A DNA stretch of 62,973 bases, from IMG/VR virus record IMGVR_UViG_3300036761_000576, positions 1 to 62,973 of that record, one strand, 5' to 3'. Under the pieces are notes generated by a model. The model was given only the letters and a program-made list of their open reading frames with translations. It was not told the DNA's origin and ran no database searches. This DNA is from a virus (Duplodnaviria; Caudoviricetes). Positions 7,983 through 17,400 of the stretch are shown here, in pieces (the first letter of the stretch is position 1; each line of letters starts with the position of its first letter). The translations under genes and the position numbers were made by a program.

Positions 7983-8288
7983 ATGCTCACCCGCAACCAA
8001 TTCCTTGGCGCCGCCTATGCCGCCCTTGTCATCGGGGGTGGCGCGCTCTGGGGCACGCGGCTCGAGCTGTCGGACGACGAGATCAACGCCGCGCTCGTCT
8101 CGGATCAGATCGCCAAGATAAAGCGCGACACGGTCCCCTGCCGTAAGCCAAAGGACAAAGAGCGCCTGACGGTCGAGTACGTCCATTTCCGCACCGACAA
8201 CACTGCGCAACTGCTGTGCGTATACACCGTCGGCGGCGGGTACGGCACCGTGCCGCAGACCGTGGCGGAAGTGTGGGGGCGGCCATGA
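7983..8288 (+). CDS. Early protein with N-terminal signal or membrane anchor
   Basis: AGGAG RBS, hydrophobic N-terminus. Confidence 0.7.
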   Translation: MLTRNQFLGAAYAALVIGGGALWGTRLELSDDEINAALVSDQIAKIKRDTVPCRKPKDKERLTVEYVHFRTDNTAQLLCVYTVGGGYGTVPQTVAEVWGRP

Positions 8289-8497
8289 CACCGCTACGCA
8301 AGCCTGTCTCGCGCGAGTCAACGGTCCGCGACGCTGGCCGCAACGTGATCGTCACGATCGGGCCGGGAGACATCATCAGCTTCCGCCTCAAAGGCTGCCG
8401 CAAGAGCGTGACCACAACGCTCGCGGCAACGTTCCACATGGCCGTCAAGGCCGAAGTGGCGGCCAAACGTGCCGCAAAGAAAGGAGCACGCAGATGA
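8285..8497 (+). CDS. Small basic hypothetical protein
   Basis: MTPLRKPVSRE...FRLKGCRK; ATGA coupling. Confidence 0.75.
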   Translation: MTPLRKPVSRESTVRDAGRNVIVTIGPGDIISFRLKGCRKSVTTTLAATFHMAVKAEVAAKRAAKKGARR

Positions 8498-9009
8498 CAA
8501 GAGCCATCGCTGCCCTGCCGCATCGCAAGACCGGACCCAAACTACAGGATCTCTGCGATCGATTCTTTCGGTACGTCAACAAGACGGCCACCTGCTGGCT
8601 ATGGACAGCCGCTCGCAACCGCGATGGCTACGGCTCGCTCATGCGTCACGGGCGAGGCTCCCCACTCGCGCATCGCATTAGTTACGAAATCCACGTTGGC
8701 CCCATCCCCAACGGCCTACATGTGTTGCACCGCTGCGACGTTCCAGTGTGCGTGAACCCGGAGCATCTTTTCCTTGGCACGCAGGCTGAAAACAACGCCG
8801 ACATGCTTGCTAAGGAGCGCTACGCAAGAGGGAGAAAGTGCTGGCACGCGAAGCTCACCGAAGCCGATGTTGCGGAAATCCGACGGGTACACAGTTCCGC
8901 CCGACTCGGCAGCGCCGGAACTGGGTACACGCTTCTCGGCAGACGTTTCGGTGTCTCAGGCACAACGGTTCGCGCTGCCGTCACCCGCCGCACATGGAGG
9001 CACGTATGA
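8494..9009 (+). CDS. HNH homing endonuclease
   Basis: CWLW...GYG...AHRISY...VLHRCDVPVCVNPEHLFLGTQAEN; AKLTEADV C-terminal domain. Confidence 0.95.
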   Translation: MTRAIAALPHRKTGPKLQDLCDRFFRYVNKTATCWLWTAARNRDGYGSLMRHGRGSPLAHRISYEIHVGPIPNGLHVLHRCDVPVCVNPEHLFLGTQAENNADMLAKERYARGRKCWHAKLTEADVAEIRRVHSSARLGSAGTGYTLLGRRFGVSGTTVRAAVTRRTWRHV

Positions 9010-9374
9010 AGGTAGAGATTCAATTGAGTCCATTGGAAGGCAATGTGATCCACACGCTCTACAGGTTGTTGATGAACGGCAACGTAGTGCTCCAGCAGAT
9101 CAGCGCGATCGGCGCCTACGACGTCACCACCTGTTTGGAGAAGATGCGCTTGGGGGACCAGGTTGAGGATGCCCTGCGGCAGCTCAATTTGAGGCCCTGG
9201 GGCCGTTCTCCGACGGCGGCGAAGGAACAGGCCACGGCGCGGCCGCACTTCGCCCACGGCCGCGCAGGACGGCCGGCGAAGGCCCCTTACCCGCACCCCG
9301 CCGACGATCTACCGCAGCGCATTCCAGAAGAGCAGCTCGGGTCGATGGGCGCGATCCCGGAGGTGGCATCGTGA
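9006..9374 (+). CDS. Hypothetical protein
   Basis: Coupled overlaps at both ends. Confidence 0.6.
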   Translation: MKVEIQLSPLEGNVIHTLYRLLMNGNVVLQQISAIGAYDVTTCLEKMRLGDQVEDALRQLNLRPWGRSPTAAKEQATARPHFAHGRAGRPAKAPYPHPADDLPQRIPEEQLGSMGAIPEVAS

Positions 9375-9577
9375 CCACGATTTTCCAGGACTACCCGGAG
9401 TACGCGGGCGTCGATACGTTCGTGGCCGAGCAGCAGCGCCCGTTGAGCGTGCTGCGCGACCGTTGCGTGCATTGCGGAGGCTTTGGCTCGATCGACTACA
9501 ACGACCAGTCGCAGCGGTGCGTGTTTTGCCACGGCTCCGGCTGGATCGAGTACACCAAACCACAGAGGAAGCCATGA
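9371..9577 (+). CDS. Small Zn-ribbon protein
   Basis: CVHCGGFG and CVFCHGSG (CxxCxGxG x2). Confidence 0.7.
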   Translation: MTTIFQDYPEYAGVDTFVAEQQRPLSVLRDRCVHCGGFGSIDYNDQSQRCVFCHGSGWIEYTKPQRKP

Positions 9578-10485
9578 GTGACGTAGTCCAGTACCAGGGC
9601 ACCGCGATCGCCACTGTCGGCGAGATCGTGTCCCACACCCTGCGCGTGCAGGAGATATTGAAGTCGGTGATGAAACAAGACGTTCACTACGGGATCATCC
9701 CAGGCACGAAGAAGAACACGCTCTACAAGCCCGGCGCCGAGATCCTGTGCGTCACCTTCCGCATCGTGCCAACCTACGAAGTCAGTGAGGATCGGTTCGA
9801 TGACGGCGTGCGCTATCGCGTCACCTGCTCTGGCGTGCATCAGGGCACCGGTGCGATCGTCGCCACCGGCCTCGGATCCTGCTCCTCGCTGGAGGAAAAG
9901 TACAAGTGGTGCAAGGCGTCCAAGCGCGAATGGGAGGCGACGCAGATCGATCGTCGCCGCGTCCAGTTCGGGTACAGCCGCTCGACGAACACCGAATACG
10001 AGATCCAGCAGGTTCGAGTCGAGACCGCGGACATCGAGAACACGCTTCTCAAGATGGCGTGCAAGCGGGCGTTGATCGCAATGACCCTCAACGCTGTAGC
10101 GGCAAGCGACATTTTTGCGCAGGACATCGAGGATCTTTCGGCAAAGGCCCGTTCGATCGTCACTGACACGGAGACGGGCGAGATCGGTAGCGAGGCCAAG
10201 AAGGAGCCTGTCAAGCCACCGCAGGCGAAGTCGGCGCCGAAGGCGGAGACGAAGCCAGCCAACGGCAACGGGCAGGCCGACGCATCGGGCGGCACCGCCG
10301 GCCCAACGGATGCAGACGCAACCGCAGCCAGCAACGGCTTGGTGCAGCACGTTCGCAATCGCTTGGCCAACGCGCAGATCGACGAGGCCGTGTGTCTCAA
10401 GCATTTCGACCTCGAAACGCTTGCCGGGATCACGGTCGCGCAGGCCAACGCGATCCTTTCGTGGTCGAGAAATTCGGCTGCGTGA
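9574..10485 (+). CDS. Putative single-strand annealing/recombination protein
   Basis: LYKPGAE...NTLLKMACKRA...ASDIFAQDIED; adjacent to exonuclease. Confidence 0.6.
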   Translation: MSDVVQYQGTAIATVGEIVSHTLRVQEILKSVMKQDVHYGIIPGTKKNTLYKPGAEILCVTFRIVPTYEVSEDRFDDGVRYRVTCSGVHQGTGAIVATGLGSCSSLEEKYKWCKASKREWEATQIDRRRVQFGYSRSTNTEYEIQQVRVETADIENTLLKMACKRALIAMTLNAVAASDIFAQDIEDLSAKARSIVTDTETGEIGSEAKKEPVKPPQAKSAPKAETKPANGNGQADASGGTAGPTDADATAASNGLVQHVRNRLANAQIDEAVCLKHFDLETLAGITVAQANAILSWSRNSAA

Positions 10486-11075
10486 TGCTGACGTTCGACC
10501 CCGTTGCTCACGCCTATTACTGGGGTGGCCAGCGTGTGCCAAATGTGACTTCCGTCCTGGAGAGCGTCGGGCTTACCGATTTCAGCGGTGTCAATGCGGA
10601 AGTGATGGCGCTGGCGCAGGCGCGCGGAAAGGCCGTACACCGGGCCTGCGAGCTGCACGATAACGACGACCTCGACGAGTCGACCGTAGACCCAGAGATC
10701 GTCGGCTATCTCGCTGCCTGGCGCCGATTTCGGAGAGAGACGCATCACGAGTGGGAGAACATCGAAAAGCGCGCCTACCACCCACGCTATCGCTATGCCG
10801 GCACTGCGGACAGGACGGGCAAGTTGTTTGGGAATCCTGCGCTGGTCGACATCAAGACCGGCGTGCCGCAACCGGCGACGGGTGCGCAGACGGCCGCATA
10901 CGCCAATCTGCATTGGCCGCCAGGCGACGCGGAGCGGAAGGTGCATCGCTACGCCGTGCACCTTGGTGCCAGCGGCATGTACCACTTGATCGAATACAAG
11001 GACCGCACCGATTTCGGTGTTTTTCTCTCTGCTCTGACAATTTTTAATTGGCTAGGAAATCATGGAAACCGTTGA
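10485..11075 (+). CDS. PD-(D/E)XK exonuclease (RecE/Cas4-like)
   Basis: RGKAVH...YAGTADR...LVDIKTG...QTAAY. Confidence 0.85.
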   Translation: MLTFDPVAHAYYWGGQRVPNVTSVLESVGLTDFSGVNAEVMALAQARGKAVHRACELHDNDDLDESTVDPEIVGYLAAWRRFRRETHHEWENIEKRAYHPRYRYAGTADRTGKLFGNPALVDIKTGVPQPATGAQTAAYANLHWPPGDAERKVHRYAVHLGASGMYHLIEYKDRTDFGVFLSALTIFNWLGNHGNR

Positions 11076-11877
11076 AAAAATCCGCTCCATTTCGTATCAA
11101 GCCCCGACTGCGGTGGAATTGCTGACGCCGGCGGAGGCCGCGTTGCGTGACGTCGAAGCCTTCATGGTCGACTGCCTGCCAATGCGCGACATTGCCACGC
11201 AGGAAATGAACGCCGCCAAGACGAAGGCGAAGCAGCTCGACGAGCGCGAAAAGCAGATCACGCGGCCGATTCTCGCTGGCCTGGACGAGATCCGGGATTT
11301 GTTCCGTGGTCCGAAGGAGCTGATGAAGAAAGTCGCTGATCTCTACGCGGTCAAGATCATCGACTTCAACCGCGAACAGGATCGGCGGCGCCGCATCGAA
11401 GAAGAGAAGCTGGCGGAAAGCGCCCGCAAGGAGCAGGCCAAGGTGCGCGAAGAGGCGGCGCGCGTAGCCGCCAAAGCTGCCGCCGACGCGGAGGTCTTGC
11501 GCCAGAAGGCTGCCGACGCCGCAGCCGCCGGCAATGCAGGCCAGGCTGCCCGGCTCGCGTTGCGGGCAGAAGCCACAGTCGAGGCCGGCGAGAACAAAGC
11601 GGCGGCGCTGAATGACATGGCCGACGCCGCGCCTATCGCGCCGGTGCTCGCCGCTGCGCCAAAGATGGACGGCGCGCACGAGACTGGCCGGTGGAGCGCG
11701 GAGGTCACGGACAAGGCCGCGCTGGTCGCGTTCGTTGCCGCGAACCCGATGTTTCTGCACCTGCTGGACGTCAACGCGATGGCGCTCAACGCGCAGGCAC
11801 GTTCGTTGAAGGATGCCTTCCAGATCCCTGGATGCCGCGCGATCAAGAAGGTCGGGCTGACATCAAGGGCAGCATGA
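11062..11877 (+). CDS. Coiled-coil protein of the recombination module
   Basis: Long A/E/K/R-rich helix, C-terminal W.AEVTD...IPG motif. Confidence 0.7.
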   Translation: METVEKIRSISYQAPTAVELLTPAEAALRDVEAFMVDCLPMRDIATQEMNAAKTKAKQLDEREKQITRPILAGLDEIRDLFRGPKELMKKVADLYAVKIIDFNREQDRRRRIEEEKLAESARKEQAKVREEAARVAAKAAADAEVLRQKAADAAAAGNAGQAARLALRAEATVEAGENKAAALNDMADAAPIAPVLAAAPKMDGAHETGRWSAEVTDKAALVAFVAANPMFLHLLDVNAMALNAQARSLKDAFQIPGCRAIKKVGLTSRAA

Positions 11878-12062
11878 ACGCGAAGAAGTGCAAGGCGCTG
11901 CGCAAGCTCGCCCGTGAGCGCACGGTGGGGATGCCAGCACGCCGCTATGTGATCCACAGAGGCGGGAAATGCCTCATCAACGCGCCGGAGTCGACGCGCG
12001 GGGAATACCGCTCGCTCAAGAAGATCGCGCACACGATCACGTTCTCGAAGGCAAAGCCATGA
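11874..12062 (+). CDS. Small basic hypothetical protein
   Basis: MNAKKCKALRK; ATGA coupling. Confidence 0.65.
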   Translation: MNAKKCKALRKLARERTVGMPARRYVIHRGGKCLINAPESTRGEYRSLKKIAHTITFSKAKP

Positions 12063-12268
12063 AGATGCAGAAGGTGAAGTCCAGCTCGGTCGCCGCCTAC
12101 GGCTACGACGAGGCCACGCGCACGCTTGCGGTGCGCTTCCTCAACGGTGGCGTCTATCACTACGCCGATGTTCCGCCCGAGACTGCCACCGGCCTCGGCT
12201 CTGCGAAGTCGATCGGCAGCTACCTGCACGCGCATATCCGAGGAAAATTTGGACACCGCAAGCAATAA
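12059..12268 (+). CDS. KTSC domain protein
   Basis: VKSSSVAAYGYD...L.VRF..G.VY.Y.DVP...A.SIGSY...IRG. Confidence 0.9.
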   Translation: MKMQKVKSSSVAAYGYDEATRTLAVRFLNGGVYHYADVPPETATGLGSAKSIGSYLHAHIRGKFGHRKQ

Positions 12269-12455
12269 CTTTACTCCACGCGAGACCGCCATCGGCGCCT
12301 TGCTCGTGCATGGAGGGCTCACGAACAAGCAGATTGGCGGCGCGCTCGGCATGGCGGAGAAGACAGTCAAGGTGCATCTGCACAATATGTTCCTGAAACT
12401 GGGAGCCAAGAATCGGACCCAGGTCGCGCTGTTGCTGGCCAAGAGGACCCAATGA
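12249..12455 (+). CDS. LuxR-type HTH protein
   Basis: FTPRE...GLTNKQIG..LG..EKTVKVHL..MF.KLG..NRTQ; TTG start inferred. Confidence 0.85.
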   Translation: MDTASNNFTPRETAIGALLVHGGLTNKQIGGALGMAEKTVKVHLHNMFLKLGAKNRTQVALLLAKRTQ

Positions 12456-12718
12456 CCGACGCCATCGTAGAGCGCTTGGACGCGCTGATCGCGGCGACTC
12501 GTACCGCGCACCTTGATCGGTGGCTGACCGCCGAGGACGTCGGCGCATTGCTCGGGTACTCACCCGCGCAGATCCGCGAACGGATCGCGTGCCGGCCTGG
12601 ATTTCCTAAGCCCCTGCGTGTCGACGGCGGGCACCCACGGTGGAAGGCGAGCGAAATTCAGGCATGGGCAGAGGCAGAGCGGGAGCGGACAGGAGGAAGG
12701 AAGCGAAGAGCACCATGA
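12452..12718 (+). CDS. xis: Excisionase (AlpA-like)
   Basis: WLTAEDVG.LLG...FPKP...RWKASEI.AW; adjacent to integrase. Confidence 0.8.
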   Translation: MTDAIVERLDALIAATRTAHLDRWLTAEDVGALLGYSPAQIRERIACRPGFPKPLRVDGGHPRWKASEIQAWAEAERERTGGRKRRAP

Positions 12719-12825
12719 CCGCGGACACGCGCCAGCGTCACGCCGTCCGCCGTGGCCTGTTGGATGATCACCGCCGGGGTCATATTTCGACCTCAACATG
12801 GTCGCCGGAATCGCCTGACGGTTGC

Positions 12826-12857
12826 CGAAGGTGCTCAACTTTCTCGAAGGTGCTCAA
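12826..12857. repeat. Direct repeat CGAAGGTGCTCAA x2 (19-nt period)
   Basis: Directly visible just past the integrase stop. Confidence 0.85.
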
Positions 12858-12858
12858 G

Positions 12859-13800
12859 TTATTTGTGTGAGCGTCTTCGGTGCCCGATGAGCATCTTCGC
12901 CAGCTCGAGCACGTCGAGCTTCCTCGATAGCCGAGTGATCGCGTTGGCCCGCGAATCGTGGAAGTGGACGCCGACGATGCCCGCGCGATCGCGGGCCGCC
13001 CGGAAGTGAACGTCGAGGGTTGCCGGGGCCAGGCCGAGGCCCTTGGGGACCAGCTCGAGCAGCGCGAGGGCCGTGGAGGACAGCGGAACCTGGCGCGCAT
13101 CGCCGTTTTTCGTGCGCGGCAGGGTCAGGAATCGGCCAGGAGCGTCGATGTCCTCGCGCTTGAGCCCACACAGCTCGCCCGCGCGCATCGCGGTTTCCAA
13201 GGCCAGCAGGAAGGCGACGGCGACGCGCTGCCCTGCCGTCTGCGCGGGTGTACCACGTTCGTAGCCCAGCGCCATGAGGATGCGCTCGATCTCGTCGTCG
13301 GAGAACAGGCGCTTCCGTGCCGGCGGGCTCGGCGGGCGCTTGACACTGGCCATCGGGTTGTCGTGGAGCCAGCCCCATTCGAGGCGGGCAACCTCGAATA
13401 CCTGCCGCAGCAGGCCCATTTCGCGGCGCACGGTGGCCGGCGCCAGCGTCAGGAGCGCGGCGTCGCGCCACTCCGCAACGTCGGCGCGCATCACCGCGGC
13501 GAGCATCTTGGCGCGGAACGGCAGCTCGCGCGCGAGCTTTGTGCAGCGCACCTTCTCCCAGCGCGCGCCCTTGTGCGTCGGGGCGACCTTCTCGGCGTAG
13601 GCGTCGAGGGCCTGCTTCACCGTTCGCGGTATGATCTTCCCGCGGCGGGTGTCGCGTAACTCGGTTTCCCGGCGCGCGGCCCAGGCGGAAGCCTCCGCCT
13701 TGGTGTCGAACGTCGCGGACTCGCGCGGGAAGCCCTTGAGATCAATGCGTGCGCGCCAGGTGGAGCGGCGTTTGCCGCGCTGGGGTTCGAAGGAGGCCAC
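12859..13800 (-). CDS. int: Tyrosine integrase, C-terminus truncated (no catalytic Tyr)
   Basis: TAMRAGE, TKNG, FHDSR, IGH motifs; ends GHRRRSHK. Confidence 0.9.
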   Translation of the reverse strand: MASFEPQRGKRRSTWRARIDLKGFPRESATFDTKAEASAWAARRETELRDTRRGKIIPRTVKQALDAYAEKVAPTHKGARWEKVRCTKLARELPFRAKMLAAVMRADVAEWRDAALLTLAPATVRREMGLLRQVFEVARLEWGWLHDNPMASVKRPPSPPARKRLFSDDEIERILMALGYERGTPAQTAGQRVAVAFLLALETAMRAGELCGLKREDIDAPGRFLTLPRTKNGDARQVPLSSTALALLELVPKGLGLAPATLDVHFRAARDRAGIVGVHFHDSRANAITRLSRKLDVLELAKMLIGHRRRSHK

Positions 13801-13873
13801 GGCGCCGGGGGCTTTTTGGGGGGTGCGGCGCTGGATAATGCGGCAAAAAACTGGGGATTGCTAGACTGTCGTA

Positions 13874-13889
13874 TGTTCCACGTGGAACC
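13874..13889. promoter_or_regulatory. parS-like palindrome TGTTCCACGTGGAACC
   Basis: 15/16 match to TGTTCCACGTGGAACA; perfect 14-bp palindrome in an intergenic region. Confidence 0.7.
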
Positions 13890-13947
13890 CAACACCATGA
13901 TTTGCGTGGAAAAGATGGAAATTACTGGGATTTTCTGGAAACAGCCG

Positions 13948-13965
13948 TGGTGCCCAGGAAGGGAC
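13948..13965 (-). other. Putative attP core (3' end of a tRNA, probably tRNA-Leu)
   Basis: Minus strand GTCCCTTCCTGGGCACCA resembles T-stem, acceptor stem and CCA; upstream of int. Confidence 0.75.
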
Positions 13966-14010
13966 CGCAGTCCGCGGGCGTAGCTCCGCGTTTCGGCTAA
14001 TTTTCGACGA

Positions 14011-14211
14011 TTACGGCTTGAACAGACGATCGAGCATCTTCGCCACGTCGTCGAGGAACTTCGCCTTCCTGTCTTCCTCGCTCGGGACCCCGTGCCGCGC
14101 ATCGCGGATGCGAGCGCAATGCCGTGAGCAGCAGTCCCCAACACGCAAAGGGTGGTCAGGCGGGAACAGGATCTTGCACTCCGGGCACTCGTGCCAGTGC
14201 TTTGTCACCAA
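14011..14211 (-). CDS. Small Zn-binding protein
   Basis: CPEC...CCSRHC; start uncertain. Confidence 0.55.
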   Translation of the reverse strand: MVTKHWHECPECKILFPPDHPLRVGDCCSRHCARIRDARHGVPSEEDRKAKFLDDVAKMLDRLFKP

Positions 14212-14215
14212 AGGA

Positions 14216-14338
14216 TCAGCGCCGTCGGCGCTCGCGTACCGTGGTCGAGACGTGCTTCGCGGCATAGGCCGCGCTCACGAACAAACCGCTGATTGCGCTG
14301 CGAAAAACGTAGTAGAACTTGCTCTTGTGCTTCGCCAT
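14216..14338 (-). CDS. Small basic protein
   Basis: RSAISGLFVS..YA.KH..TTVRE; AAGGAG RBS. Confidence 0.6.
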   Translation of the reverse strand: MAKHKSKFYYVFRSAISGLFVSAAYAAKHVSTTVRERRRR

Positions 14339-14487
14339 CAGAGTCTCCTTCGGTCGTTGCGACGGTAGATGACCTCGAGGAACAGCGCCAACGCGGCGAC
14401 AACGATCCCGACCACGCCGAACACCAGAACCGCCTCGGGGTCGAGCAACAGTGCCAGGACCGTGATGCCGACCAGGAAGTAGCTCAT
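14338..14487 (-). CDS. Small membrane protein
   Basis: Hydrophobic, ATGA-coupled to the giant gene. Confidence 0.55.
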   Translation of the reverse strand: MSYFLVGITVLALLLDPEAVLVFGVVGIVVAALALFLEVIYRRNDRRRL

Positions 14488-17400
14488 TGCAGCGCCTCTC
14501 TGACCGCTGGGCGCATACCCTTTGGCGCGGTCTTCGCAATCCGTTCCTCGCGCAGCGCCCGCATGGCCTTCACCCTCTGGTTCACGCCGGCCATGTCGAT
14601 GCGGATGCGGGAGTCGGGGTTCTTCTCGTTCCAGTCGACGAGATCCGCGCGCGCGCGCTCGACCTTCGATGGGTCGTTCTCGAACCGCCCTTCCGCCATG
14701 AGGCCGGCAATATCGCCCTGCACCCTCTTCGCAAGCCCGATGTCTTGCTGGATGTCGCGGGCCTTGCGGGAGGCCACGGCAACGCTTTGCGGTTGCAGGC
14801 CGATCGCCTTCGCCGCGGCGTCCGCGCCCGTGGTCTCGATGACGTTCCTGCCCTTGAAGTCGCGGTAGTGGCCCGTCTGCATCATGTCGATGGCCTTCAT
14901 GGCATTCTGCACCGCCGTCGGCGCCATGGACACGGCCACACCCCGCTTGTCGCCAGCTACCGCGGCGTCCCACGCCCTGCCGATGCCCTGCACAAAGCCG
15001 CCGATCGGCCCGAAGGCTTCGTTCACGTCGCGGGTCTTGTCAACCTCGGAGCGTTTGAGGATGGCCGTGCCGGGGACCATATTCCCGAAACCCAGCCGGC
15101 CAATATCCACCGGGAAGCCGGTCACGCCGGAAATCCCGTGCATCATGAAGTCGGGCGCGAGATCGTGCAGCCACCGCTTGCTGTTGGTGTTGTAGCCGAT
15201 GGCCTGGCCGATGGTGTCGACCAGATCCTCGAGGTCTTCGGCGAACGGCAAGCCTTGCAGCCCTGCCGCGAAGATCAGAATGGCGATGGCCAAGGCTTGC
15301 TCGCGCGGCGGGAGCCGCTTCACGAACTCGACGTAGGCGATGCTGAACTGCTTGAAGGTGAACAGCGTAGCCCCGACGCCGCTGCGCGCCCACACGGGGC
15401 GATTGGCGCGGCTGTAGACGCCCTGGGTGTCATGCACGGCCTTCTCGGCGAAGGCGTAGGCGTCCGTCACCCCTGCCTTCCTGAACTGCTCGGGCGTCAT
15501 GTCCTGCGCCGCGCGCCACGCCGCGATGAACGTGATCTTGCGGTTCCACGCCTCGGCCAGCGAGAAAAGCGAGCCCCACGCCCGCAGGAACTTCCGCGCC
15601 GGCAGCGAGCCCCCAAGCGTGCGGATCGACTCCGCGTACAGCGCGTGAATCTCGTGGGGCTCGGTGATCCCTTCCTTCTCGGCCTGGAGTAACGCGGCCC
15701 TCAACGCGGGCTCGTTGATCGGCCCGCCCGCCGCTGCTCGAGCTGCGCCCGTGAGCGCCTTGGCCGCGCCGGCGGGCCCCGTGAATTGCGACAGGTACGC
15801 CAAGGTCTGGGTGACCGGCTGAGTCATGTTGACCAGTGCAGAAGCGATGTTGCCGCCGAGGTAGTTGACGAACAGGAGGCCCCGAATAGCCGAAGCCTCC
15901 TCGGTCGGGTTCTGCACGTAGTCGAGGAGCTTGATGGCGTGATCTTTGACGTCGCCGCGGCCCAGTTCGTTGACCGCTTCCCGCATTTCGCCAAGGTGGT
16001 AATTCTTGCTGGCGAGCCGCGCGTTGCTGGTGACGAAGGTTGCCAGCACGCGCGTCACGTCCTGCTCGAAGCCGGGCGTGCCCTGCCGGTGCATCAGCCG
16101 CTTCAAGGCGGAGCGATTGTTGACCGCCAGACGAAGGTACTGCTGGAAGACCGCGGACTCCTCGGCGCCGATCGCGTGCGCGAACAGCTTGAGCGAGTCG
16201 AGCGAGATCCCGCCGTAGAGCTTGTACGCCTCCTTCGACATGATGTTGGTGTAAACCTCGGCGTCGGGGTACTCCTCCTTCATGCGCCGCTCCATTCGGC
16301 GCTGCTCGGCCTGGCTCTCGTACATGCCGAAGAAGATGGATTCCTTCGTCTCCGGGTCCTGCACGAACACCGTGTACTGCCCGAAGCGCATCAGCGGGGC
16401 GTAGCCCTCGGCCTTGAGCGTCTTGGCCCGGTCGAAGGTCTTGCTGACGTCGGAGAGCATCTTGGCCGAGATGTCACGGGTGGTTTCCCACGCTTTCACG
16501 GCGAAGTCGTGGCGGGCTTCCAGCTCGGCACGCTGCTCCTTCCGCGCGGCCTCCACCGTGAGCCGGCCGCCGGGGCCCTTCGCCGCCTTGAGGAGCGGCG
16601 CCGTGGCCTTGTCGAACGCCTTGAGTTCGGCCGTGCGCTTGTCCACCGCGCGCCGGTAGCCCGCTTGCTCCCTCTCGGCGATCGGCCGCAGGAAAGCATC
16701 ATAGATACCAGGAGCGCCGACGGGATCGGCCTTCGCCGCCTCGATCACGCTCCGCGACAGCGGTGTTCCGCGAACCTGCTGCGCGGCCGAGGACGCCGCC
16801 AGGTCGTCGAGCGAGCGGTCGAGCGCGGCCCGTGCTTGGCGGTACAAGTCCACTTGCTTCGCGGTCAACCCCTTCGCCGCGAGTTCCTCATCGGAGTACA
16901 CCTTCTTGTCTTCAAGCGTGCCGTCGAAGATCGCCTTCGCCACGGCGTCGAAGTCGGCGCGCGACGGAGCCTGCTTGTCCTTCGAGCGCAGGATGTTGGG
17001 CAGGACGTCCCGGATGTTCTTGAGCGTCGGCAGGAGATCCGGCGCGAGCTGCGCCGCGTCCATCGAGAACTGGTTGGTGTCGTTGATGTACTTCTGAGCG
17101 AGCCGGAACACCGGCTTGAACGCGGGCACCGTCTCGGCGATGTGGTACATCGTGCCGACGCTCTTGTGCCACCAGTTGAGGGTCTTGCTACTGTTCAGGA
17201 GGAAGGCGAGGCGGTCCTGAATGCCCTCGCGGGTGACGGGGCCGAGGCCAGGGATGGCGCGAGAGAACATCGGCATCCCCGCCAGAGCCTTCTCGCGCAT
17301 AGCCGGGGTGATGTCGAAGCCCTGTTGCTCGCCGACCTTCGCGGTCTGCACCAGTTTCCCGCCGAACAATTCAGCGAGGTTCGCGCTGCCGTGTTCTTGA

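Noticed and set aside
7983-8050. Tat signal peptide (TRNQFL)
   Set aside because: Lacks the twin arginine; treated as a generic signal or anchor.
10485-11075. Cas4 as evidence of a CRISPR system
   Set aside because: No Fe-S cysteine cluster, no array and no other cas genes; it fits a phage recombination exonuclease.
1402-12857. Link between the two GCTCAA-containing tandem repeats at 1402 and 12826
   Set aside because: Only 6-7 nt are shared and the periods differ (15 vs 19), so this is probably coincidence.
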